Shown piece after piece: positions 36,813 to 49,296 of a stretch of DNA of 64,000 bases. Under the pieces are notes generated by a model. That model saw only the letters and a program-made list of their open reading frames with translations, ran no database searches and was not told the origin of the DNA. Both the position numbers and the translations under genes were made by a program. The first letter of the stretch is position 1. Every line of letters begins with the position of its first letter. Source of the stretch: Lingula anatina (Eukaryota > Animalia > Brachiopoda); NCBI GenBank assembly GCA_051362555.1, contig CM120648.1:19650587-19714586 (forward strand), given 5' to 3'.

Positions 36813-39800
36813 AACTGGAAGATTAAAAGTTTGAATAGCATCTTCATTGGAATTATATTTACCTCAAGCTCTGCCAAGAGGGTTATATTTTCACCCCTGT
36901 TTGTCTGTCATCCACATAACACAAAAAGTTATGGACCGATTTTGCAGAAATTTTCAGGAACTGTCAGAAGTGGGCCAAAGAGGACAATGATTAATTTTTG
37001 GTGGTGGTCCGGATCAATAATCAATCAATTATCAATAATAATCAACAATTGCTGCCTTGGCAGAGGTCTGCACTCTCAAAGTGCTTTTCAAGTTTTGTTG
37101 TTTTCCTTTATTATTTTTTCTCAAACACTTGCATTTGTGACTTTTAACTCTCATCTGCCTGGGGCTCTGCACATTTTCTGTATTTCTACATAAGTTGTAT
37201 TGTTTTTTATGTCTTTAAACATTATGTAATATTATTTTATGCACTGTCATCATTTTTCAAATATTGAGACTTTCATAATGTGAATTTGAACTCTCATGGT
37301 CCTGAAACTGTAATCTTATTGTAGGGGTGGATTGAGACCATCTTCTGGGTCTTCCGGAAGACAGTCAGATTATTAAGTTTATATTGACTGGTATCTATTT
37401 TTTTCTGTTGGAAGACCATCAAAATGGAGGATGGATCAACATAGATACTTTGTAATACTGTCAGAAAATATCTCTGGGTCTGCTCCTGTTATTGACCATG
37501 TTACCTGTTGTGCAAGATTAAAATTCAGTGTTGACTGACAGTGCTATTATAAGCATTATTTATTATTGCATCAAAATTGACAAAATGACCTTTTTTGCAA
37601 CTTTATTTTCTGTTTTTTGTCTGTACATTTGACAGCTTTGCTGCCTTGTTATATCTCCCCATTCAAAAATTAATTGTTGGAAAATCTCCTATGTCAATAT
37701 GGTTTCATATGTGACATTGTAATTGTTTGGCTAAAACGTTTTGATGGGCAAAATAATGAACTGCTCTTCTATAGTCAATTCAATAGCAAGACAATTCTTT
37801 GAACTTTTCTTCCTTTTACATACCCCAATCAAGACGGCAATAAGTAAAATAAACTGAGAAACTCTGGAAGATAACTTTCACACACACCTACCCAGCGGGC
37901 AAATCAACATTGAATCAATGTTGAATCAACGTTGATGGTCAACGTTGAAACTATGTTGATATGACGTTGACTATGAAAGTTGACTCAATGTTGAACCATC
38001 AAGGTTGAATCAACCTTGGTCTCAATGTTGAATCAACGTTGATGGTCAACGTTGAAACTATGTTGATATGACATTGACTATGAAAGTTGACTCAATGTTG
38101 AACCATCAAGGTTGAATCAACCTTGAGGTCTCAATGTTGAATCAACGTTGATGGTCAACGTTGAAACTATGTTGATATGACGTTGACTATGAAAGTTGAC
38201 TCAAGGTTGAACCATCAAGGTTGAATCAACCTTGCGGTATCAATATTGAATCAACGTTGACGGTCAACGTTGAAACTATGTTGATATGACGTTGACTATG
38301 AAAGTTGACTCAAGGTTGAACCATCAAGGTTGAATCAACCTTGAGGTATCAATGTTGAATCAACATTGACGGTCAACAAGTTGACTCAACGTTGAACCAT
38401 CAAGGTTGAATCAACCTTGAGGTCTCAATGTTGAATCAACGTTGATATGACGTTGACTATGAAAGTTGAATCAACGTTGAACCATCAAGGTTGAATCAAC
38501 CTTGAGGTATCAATGTTGAATCAATGTTGACAGTCAACATTGAAACTATGTTGATATGACGTTGACTATGAAAGTTGAATCAACGTTGAACCATCAAGGT
38601 TGAATCAACCTTGAACCATCAAGGTTGAAACAACCTTGAGGTATCAATGTTGAATCAACATTGATGCCTCAATGTTGAATCAATGTTGAAATAAAGTTGA
38701 ATTTGAAAATTGAATTAACGTTGATATATCAATTAGGCTATCAGGATATTTGATTGAAATTTGCCTGATGGCTGAAGGTGTTCTCCAAGATATCAAGTAT
38801 TTCTTGAAATAAAAAGACTCAGATCTGAAAAGGGGGGGAAATTAGGAAAATTACCTACAAAAAAAGGTAATTTCGGAAGAAAAGGGGGGGGGGGGTCCAG
38901 ACCCCGGGGCCGGCCCCTGTCTCCACCTATGGGTCGTCAGATTCTTTTTAAACTTTCCAGTTTGATGCTCAGTGTTACGGACCAAAACAGCCCGAACATA
39001 AAAAAACACAAACAACAACTAACTTAACTATGAATATAATATATTACAAACAATGAACATACACTACATAAACTAACTACATGTAATACTATCATGTTGC
39101 ATAAACTTTAACATTTGTCAAATACAGTTAAATTCTAACAGATTCGTAGACAGTTAAGTTTTGAAGACGCAATGTCACAGTTTTACGAGTCCTTTTCTGT
39201 TAAACGTTCCTCCTGATAGTGTGGGGTTTTGAAGACACAATGTCACCATTTTCCATGTCCTTATCTGTTGAACGATCCTCCTGATAGTGTGGCCTCACAA
39301 AGTACTGTTAATAAAGTACAGTTTTTGTACTGTAAAAGTGTTACACACTGTCCACACTCACGTGTTGCATCAGTTCATGTTATCCGGAGTCTCGCACTTA
39401 ATAACAGTCCCGCACTTCATTTACATTATACAAGTATGCAGGCACATACGATAATTCCTCATAAAAATTAAACAACAAATTAGCTTTACTAAAATAATTA
39501 TAACGTCACATCAGGTAGTTAAGATAATTTTAAGAATACAAAAACAAAGGGTCACCAGTCTAATTTTTTTTCTCACAGCTAACTTAAATTTCCAGAAAAA
39601 CAGGCATTTTTGGCTTTTTCAAGCTTTTTCTTCAACCTTGAGTAAAATTTTGTCAATTTGCCATAAAGTAAGGCTGGTGACCCTATGTTTTTTTTTCTTT
39701 TTCTTAAAGATAACCTGTGGAAAGTTTAAAAAAAAAACTGACGACCGCTTTTTTCACAAAATTAATTTTAATGAAAAAGGGGTAAAACAAGCGTTTTATG

Positions 39801-42800
39801 AGGGGTAATTACCCCTATGCATACCTCTCTAGTGAGATAATCATTTAAAACTATTATCAAGGTTATGATTAAGGTTATAAAGTTAAGGTTGGCCCAATGT
39901 TGAGATCCAGTTGATATGTCAACATTGACAAAGGGTTTACAAACACAGGTTGATTCAATGTTGAAATCCTGTTGATCTATCAACATTGAAAACTGATTGA
40001 CAAAGAAAGGTAAAATCAATGTTGAGACCCTGTTGATCTATCAACATTGACAATTGGTTGACAAGAAAAGGTTGATTCAATGTTGAAATCCTGTTGATCT
40101 ATCAACATTGAAAATTGATTGACAAAGAAAGGTTAAATCAATGTTGAGACCCTGTTGATCTATCAACATTGACAATTGGTTGACAAGAAAAGGTTGATTC
40201 AATGTTGAGATCTTGTTGATCTATCAATATTGATGGATCAACATCATCTCAACCTATCCTCAATGTTGAATCAACGTTGAGTGCCCGCTGGGTAATGCAT
40301 GCCAGCACATCTTCAGCTTTTGACTTCATTCAAGTATGTGTGAATAGAATACTTCCACAGTCCCTCAGCTTTACACCTAAATAACCTAATCATACCATCG
40401 TAACAGCTAGAAATAGGTACTTTTTGGACACATAATTGGCCATATTTTTGTAAATTGTAGTCTGATTATTATAATTCTTTTTTTATTTTGCTCCTATGAA
40501 CAGTGTCTTTGATATCAGTCAATCAGCAATCTCTAATCATAAATTGTTAATTTATCAGACACTTGTAACATTAACCATATTTAATTGTTCACCCTGATGG
40601 GTAAGTATGGAAAAATTGTCCTTTACCCCAGTAAATTTTTTTTTTTTTTTTTTGGGGGGGGGGGGGGGGGAGGGCAAAATAAACAGTTGTTATCTCTTTA
40701 ATTTGAGGATGTTATTGTACAATAACAGTACAATTTACAACATCTGCACAGTGCATGTGTCCTGCCAGATACCAGTAATGATACATTACAGATGTGTATG
40801 CCACTGATAACTACCATGTAAAACTAAAATAGAAAAATAATTATTTTGGAGATTTGAGGACATAAGAAGTTCAACTTGGAACCAGCTATGGGAATGATAG
40901 TCCGGTGGCTTAAGGAAAAAATCGTGACACGGCGGATAAAAGCACCAAATTTGGCATGTAGTTACCTTTTGACAGTATAAATCAAATTAGAGCCGTAGCC
41001 CTCTCAAACAGTTTACCGTTTGGTCAAAAAATCCAAAATGGCCGCCAATTTATAGAATTCTATAGAAATATGTACATACCTATGTTGATTTTTATCAAAT
41101 AAATTATTTCCCCAGAGTTTTCCACACCCTTATTACCCATTTTATTCATATATGTCTGATAGCAAACAAGTTCCCTTGGACTTTTTGAAAAAATCCAAGA
41201 TGGCTGTCATATGCCATACAAACAGCCATAGGAATACTAGTGCACAACTAATACCAGCTAGAAAGACACGTTGTCCACTATCAAATTAAGTCTGTTTCTC
41301 AGATTTTTGTTACCCATATGTTTTGTTACCACATATGTTTGTGGTGAGTAACTACGAAGTGTTCTTGGGCATTTTGGAAAATCCAAGATGGCTGCCATGT
41401 GCCACAAGAATTCTAGTATACGGGGGATTTAACTAATGGCAACTGAAAAGATTAATTTTCCACTATCAAATTAAGTTTGTTTCTGAGTTTTTTCCACATC
41501 CATCCACACAATATGTATGTGGTGAGGAACTAACATGTATTCTTGGGCATTTAGAGAAAATCCAAGATGGTCGCCATATGTCATAGGAATACTGCTAGTA
41601 TTACAAAGGGTTGGAAATAATGCCAGCTAGGAAAAACATAATTCATTATCAAGTTCAGTTTATTTTTTCAGTGTTTTACACATTATTATTACACTGTGAT
41701 ACATATCTAGCAGGTAATAAATGTGCATAAGATGGCTGTCATTAGCCATAGGAATACAACTGGAATAACAAGTACTACCAGGGTGAAATTGTGTTTGCTT
41801 ATCAAGTTTTGCCCATCCTTATTAGTCCTATGATATATATCTGTTGGGTAAATAGTGTGCATCCTTGGATATTTTGAGAAAATCCAAGATACATGTATCT
41901 TCAATTTGACATGGGAATACTAATGGGTGGGTTTCAATTGCTGCTAGAGAGGCATATGGTTCACTATACAATTACATTCCCATGGGTTTGTTTTAAAAAT
42001 AATATATTTTTTTCATTCCATTTATTATTACCCCTATGATGTATACCTGGTCTGTAGCATGTGTGTATCTTTGGGTATTCTGAAAAAAAATCAAGATGTC
42101 TGCCTTTTGTCATTAGAACATTCGTACACATAATCAAATAATGCCAGAGACACACTTAGTACAATTTAAATGTAGTTAACTTTAGATCGTATTTAAATGT
42201 TTTTCATATCCTATTTATCCTTATGAAAGGTTCTGTGTGTGTAGAAAGTGTATGTATCCTTGAGTACTATTCGGAGAAAACCCAAGATAGCTGCCAGTTG
42301 TCATAGGAATATATCATTCAAATGCACATAGGTGTCAATTAATGGAACAGTTCAGACATTGATTCCAACATGAAATAAAGCCGTTCAAACATGTTGACAT
42401 CCTTATTAACCTTACTCTATATAAATCTGGTGTGTAGCAAGTGTGCATCTTGCGTATTAAAGAAAATTCAAGATTGCTGCAATTCACAATAGGATTAGTA
42501 GGCCTACAGTCAACTACTTCGGGTTCAATATAAAATGAATTTTGTTTCTTGGTATTTCCCACATTCTTTTTGGACTCTGAGATATCTATCTGGTGGGTAA
42601 CAAGTGTGTACCCTTAAGTATTTTGACAAAATATCATGATTACCCTCATTTGCCTTAGAAGTGCCTAAAATCCAATGCACCAGCTTTCCTATGGGGAAAA
42701 GAAGGCCATCTTGGATTTCCCCAAAATGATCAAATATAGACATTAATTACCTAACAAATATGTATCATGGGTTAATGATAATAATAATAACAATAATAAA

Positions 42801-43626
42801 AATAATTAACAGAATAACAACTGAATTCAGCTTCATTTTATATGGAAGCCTATCTCTCCCAGGTATTAACTGAACCCCACCTTCTATGGCTAGTGGCAGC
42901 CATTTTGTTTTGTTTTGTTTTCAAAAAGGACACATATAACATTCTCATCACATATATTATGTGGATTAAAAAGATGTGGAAAATACTCAGAAACAAACTT
43001 AATTTATTAATTGATATCATATCTCCATTGCAGAAGAAGTCCTATGTGTATACTAGTATTCCTTTGATATGGCGGCCATCTTGAGAATAAACGTTAGTTA
43101 CTTACCACAAATATATTATTTGTGTAATAAGTCACTCAGAAACAAAATTAATTAGATAGTGGGCAATGTATCTTCCTATAGTTGGCATTAGTTGAAAACC
43201 CTTGTACATGTTCTAGTATTCCTATGCCATACAGCGGCCATCTTGGATTTTTCAAAAAGTCCAAGGACACTCGTTTGTTATCTGACATAAATGCATAATA
43301 TGGGTAATAAGGAAGTGGAAAACATTGAGAAAATACTTTATTTGATACAAATCAACATAGGTATGGATATATTTCTACAGAATTTCATAAATGGCGGCCA
43401 TTTTGGGTTTTTTGGCCAAACGGTAACTTTTTTCCGTGGGCTACGGCTCTAATTTGATTTAGTATGTCAAAAGGTACCCACATGCAAAATTTGGTGCTTT
43501 TATCCGCCGTGTCACGATTTGGTCATTTTTTTACCCTAAGCCACCGGACTATGACAGATGCATGGCTGTGTACTGCATTTCTTGTTAAACATTTTTAATC
43601 ATTCTCATACCATCTTTATTTTTTTC

Positions 43627-43661
<35 letters not shown>

Positions 43662-46600
43662 CTAGGTATTTTTTTCTTTTTTTGTGGATCTGAAATATTC
43701 CATTTTAAATATCCACTTTGTATTTGAAACAATATAGTGATGTTTGGTTGAGTTTTGTAGCAGAACTATGACTGAAAATGCAGCTTTAATGTTTCAGATC
43801 AGTTTTCAGAGGAAATCAATAGACAAGACCCACTACTGCAAGAAGCATATCAACGAGCATGTAAGGATGGCTTTGAAAGAGTGAAGAGGGCCAGGGTGAT
43901 GCTACTGGGCCATTACGGTGCAGGTAAAACACACCTGAGAAAAAGGCTACTGGGAAAGGAATATGATGAAGATAAAGATCCAATCACTAATGGTATAGAA
44001 ACTGACTACGTTCTTGTAAAGGAGGGTTGGAATTCAGATGAAGCTGGTAAGAATAACTGTACAAGAATTAAAAAGTGTTTCAATATTGAAATTCATTTAC
44101 TTCATATATTTCAACTCTTAATATATGACTTGAAGATTTATTAATCTGCAAGGACAATTCTTTCAATTCCTCCTTGTTTATCATTTATTAACAGCAACTA
44201 GATCACCTCAATCTCTTTGTATTTCATGACAAATAATAAAATTATTATTTTAATTTATAGAGTGTCATGGGCCAGCAATATCACATTTGCTTGCTGTTAA
44301 CACGAGAAAGATACATGAGGAAATCCGGGCAAGTCATGCAGGTAATTCCTGAGTGTACAACTAACTACTAGAACTAGAACATGTTTACAGTATATGTAAA
44401 GTGTTGACATGATTAACTGCAGAAACATTTTCTAATTTGAAACAAGAAAGTAATTAATCATAAAAACTTAAGATTGTATTATAAATATATGATATGCATA
44501 TTCTTAGAATAATTTTAATGAACATTTGATTAATTTGAATTTTTGAATGAATTATTGTAGAGTTACAACCCTTGGGTCAAGTTGTGCAGGCAACTAATGC
44601 ACCAACATCAGAGAAAGTGGAGAAATGTAAGTACTATGATACTCAAAATATAGAGATGTAGTGGTATAAAACTTGCGGGAACATGAGATAGCTCAAGTCA
44701 GTAGTTTCTATACATGGGATAAACAAAAAGAAGAAACAATTAGAAAAGAAGAAAAAAATTGATCGAACCATATGTTTGTTAGTGTTCATTCAAATGTTTC
44801 TTAGTGTTCTTTCTTTTAAAAAAAGGATATTATGACAAAACATCAGTCTAAGCAAATACTTTGGAGTGATCATGAATAATGTTATCTTGAAGTACTCTGT
44901 AGAAGAATCCCAATTGTGATGATATCTTTGTGTGTCAGAATGCCATTTAGAACAATCCTTAGTCTGTTTCCATTTTACAGTGTACGAAATAAGGACCGAC
45001 CGGCAGCCCGGGACGGCTCAGTTATCACCCGGGCGGTCTCTTTCCAAAAGTTGCCAGTCCGTCGGTCTGGCCATTTTCTGGCCTCTAAAATAATTGTAAA
45101 TCAAAATGCAAGTTCATATTAAGCAGATTTGGTTGAAATAAAACGAAAACAATGAGGCTTACCCTTCAAGAAATCGACACTCGCAACAAATGAACGAAAA
45201 CCGAAAGTACATGCTTATTCACCGTTTTCCCGACATGCCTAGCGCAAAGACCCTTCACCGTGTTATGAAACGTCTGATACAAAGTATCAAACGCGTCATT
45301 AATATGCTTGTTTACGAGACAAGTTACGAACGATGTGTGGTCATTCAAGTTCATACAATCTCGTCTAATTACGCAGTTTAATGTTTGCTTCTTCTATAAT
45401 CTGTAATTATAATTGTACGATGTCTTTCTCATAAAAAAATTTAATTGAATGACGTCACAACGCACGTGGATTGCGCCTAAGTCGTAGTCAGGATTACCCC
45501 TGTCGCAGTCTACCCTCTGTAGGCCTAAGTATTTTGGTGCTAATAATGAATGTGATGCACCAGCACGTAAGAAAAGAACACAGGAAGGTATCACACAATC
45601 AAATAAAGTGTATGATGACACCAAAGCAGGGCTCCATAGGTAAAAATTCAGTTCGGACAAGAGAATTGGCAGGGTGAGCTGTCCGACGGACAGGTTATGT
45701 TTTATTAGAACTTAAGAACAAAAATCTTGAAAAATAATTTTTTGCTGCATACTAACGTCTTCTCGTCTCTTCCTGGATTGCATTGAAAAGAGTGACCTAC
45801 ATTTGGTACAAAACACGTGGTCCCAAAACGAAGTCTAGCAAACTTACCGCCAAATTATGAAAGTGAACACCTTCCAGGACTTCACAACTTCAAGACAAAA
45901 TTTATTCACATAACAGGCTGACTACTGAATATTTATTTGTTTAAAAATCAACGTGCTCTAGTAACAAAGACCGTTCCTAAAATAGAAACTACACAAGTAC
46001 TGGGTACAAAAGCCAGATTGGACTGGATGTATCTAGTTTGTTGTCAAGGCAACATACTGCCTGTCAATCAAATGTGTTGCACGCTATCTCCTTACAACTA
46101 TTTTAATTTGGAGAGTCAAACTTTGGGACTGAAGATCTTGTTGAACTGTTGTTTATTTGCATAACCTGAAATTTTGTCAGATGTTTAATTTAATGACTCT
46201 AGCACCACCTGTGTTATTTACAGTTCAAAATTTAGTGCTGGAATTTGATAAATTAGCAATGCTATTACATACCAGTGTGGTATTGATGCAAGGAAGAAAA
46301 TTAGTAATAAAAATATGAGAATTTATATAAATAAGAAGGGGGGATCTTTTAAAGACTGATTTTATTTAATTCAATCTGTATATTTAAAAAATCAAACACA
46401 TGTTACCCCTAAAGAAACCAAATTGTTATTATAAATAACAATTTAAAAACTTTAAAATTAGTGATATTTATATAAGTAAACTATTGTACAATGAATATTC
46501 TTCAATTTTAAATAAAATTTATTCAAATATAAATTTTGAATATTTTAATAAAAAAATATAACACTGCCCCCCCCCCCCCCCACCTCCAGCTCAGTATTTT

Positions 46601-49248
46601 TTTAAAGACTTAGTTAAACTTCATGTGATAAGACTGATAGTTAAAAGGTCAAACTTTTTTGCAAGACCTATCGAAGTGTATTTGCACCATTGGTTTCTAG
46701 TCAACAACCAGAAAGATTTCATAAGTATGCCCATGGAACATTTGTAACAAGCGGTTCATGCAACTAGACTGATTATGACAGTCACAGTGAATCAGAATTT
46801 TCTGATTTGGGTTCAGAGCATAACGTTTCAGATGCTGTCAGGGAAGAATCTACTTGAATAAATTCACATTGAGACTAAGAGTCCTTGTTTCAATATCGTT
46901 CTTGCCTGCAATTGGTTTAATCAGGTAATTTTCAAAAAAAATTCAGGACTGGCTACTTTTGGTCAGGGCTGGCTACTTTTCAAGTTGCCAGCCCTGCTGT
47001 CCGGCTTCAAATTTATACGAATTTCATACCCTGCATTTTATATATTTATTTATTTATTATTACATTTTGTTATTTAACTATTACACCACAACCCACTTTA
47101 AGTACAAATGGCAGTGATGGATCAAAATGCATACTGATTGTAAGAAAAAATACTGAATATTTCATTTACCCACATCATCTTATCTTGTTATATATATGTT
47201 GTACCACACAGATACATTAGTCCTTTACTTTTTTTCTTGAAAAGCCACATCGAAGTCTCCAGAAATGCAGTCTGATGTTATTCAAGAGAAAATTATAGCA
47301 GGTATATCAAACATTATACAAATATGAAGAAAAGAAAACCATTAAAATACGGGGCACACCTCCCCTCACAATAGAGGACACCTCTGCTCACAATAGGAGA
47401 ATGTGTAAGGGGAGACAACTTAATTGGCTGTCAGACCAGAAATGGCCTTACTCATGTTTTAAGATCATGTAAGACTATTTGTGATCTTAATTTGCACTTT
47501 AAGACCAAATCAAGCCCACTAGTGGCACATGAGTATTATGACGGAGCATAAAGATTACAAGTTGCATAGTTATATGAGATCTTAATTTTATAGGTTTTTG
47601 GTGGATAATGCATAAAGATGCACACTGCACAAGTAGAAAAGATCTAAACGTGTATTTAATTTGCATTGTTTCTCTCTTTTTATGGCAAGTTGCTCCAAAA
47701 CTTGAAGATGAGAACACTTTATCAACAGGTGGACAAATTTCGGCATCACAGGACAAGGAAAGGGGTACAGTAGGGTTTTTCACATCTTAGAAATTTGTTG
47801 CAATTATCTTAACCCATAATAAACTGCTATCAATATGTAATGACAGAACATTATGCACAGTAAGGCAGGTAGTCTATTTCCCCTGAATCAAAAGTAGTAT
47901 AACAATAAGACAAGACATATTACCATGCAGTTTTCTACTGGGTATCTATCTGTACTACAAATTTTGTTAAAATATCCTTGTCTACTATAAATATGGCAAT
48001 TTTTTTTTATTCTCAATGCGTCTCACCCACATTAGCATAGTATGTTATGGCATAAGGTAATGGCTTCATCATTTCAAACTTGGAATTAATGAATTTAGCA
48101 GATACTGTATTTTTTAAGTAACAAATTCTAAAATTAGAACATTCATATTTAATGGTAACAACACAATTGAAAAGCAGACACCCTAACAGTTCTTTTCTAT
48201 ACAGTAGAAGCACCAAAATGCTACATTAGAAATTGTCATTTATTTCAAAATTATAGGACCATTCCCAGACCCTATCATACTAACTTTGGATTGATCTATC
48301 TCTTACGGGATTCTTGCTAAATTGTAATTAGCTAAAATGACTTAGAAGTCTGTCACACCTACTGAAGCTGACAGTGGTAATTAACTATCCCTGAGCAGCT
48401 TTAGTAGGCATTCGAGACATCTAAGCTGCTTAAGCTTAAAGCAATATATAGTGAGAAACCCCTTGGAGATGGACCAATCCTGTTAGATAGATCTAGGTAT
48501 GGGAACCCAGTCTATGTCTCTGTTGAAATGATCAAGCCATCACCGTGTAAACCCCTCTAGCTTTTATACTGTAGTTCTTACAAGTAATTGATTAGATTTG
48601 TGTGTATTCATTTTTAATACTGAAATATGTAAACTGTGTATATTTATATTTTTAGAACATCAGCCCAGCCCTATTAGTTCCAAGGAGGCTTTGTCCCATT
48701 TAAAAACAGAGGAGAGTATGGAGCTCCCGCCTGATGTCTTAACACATTTGACAGAAAGCTCATACGACATTGAAAATCCACCAGCTCGTCTAGCAGTCTG
48801 GGATTTTGGAGGGCAAAGTGTGTATTACAACACCCACCACACTTTCCTTTCTTCCAGAGCTATTTACATTCTTGCCATTGATATGAGCCTTGCTTTAACA
48901 GACAGGCTTGACGACCAATGGCATGGTGCTGAACACTTCTCAGGAACTATTCTTGGTAAGGAATCCGCCAGCTCACAATTGTGCTTCAGTTAGTGAGTAT
49001 ATAATTAATATTCAGTTGTACAAGTGTTTCATCAAATCATTTTAGTACCAATTGTGTTGCTGTATACCAGCTAGCAGATATGAAATGGTGATTGTAGTTA
49101 AAATTCTTAAATTGAATCTGGTTTGCTCAAAATTAATATATGTCTCAGTAAAATTTGGTCTTGTTTATCTATTTATATAATTGTTGTTTTCACGTAGCAT
49201 TTTCAGGGCTTGCTTGGGAACAAAGCACTATTACTAGTAAATATTACT

Positions 49249-49296
<48 letters not shown>

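Noticed and set aside
37915-38720. CRISPR-like or regulatory palindromic array
   Set aside because: These are subterminal repeats of a TIR transposon bounded by CCCAGCGGG termini.
45190-45381. THAP-like HRFP motif in the hAT-like element
   Set aside because: The other THAP Cys/His residues could not be identified; probably chance.
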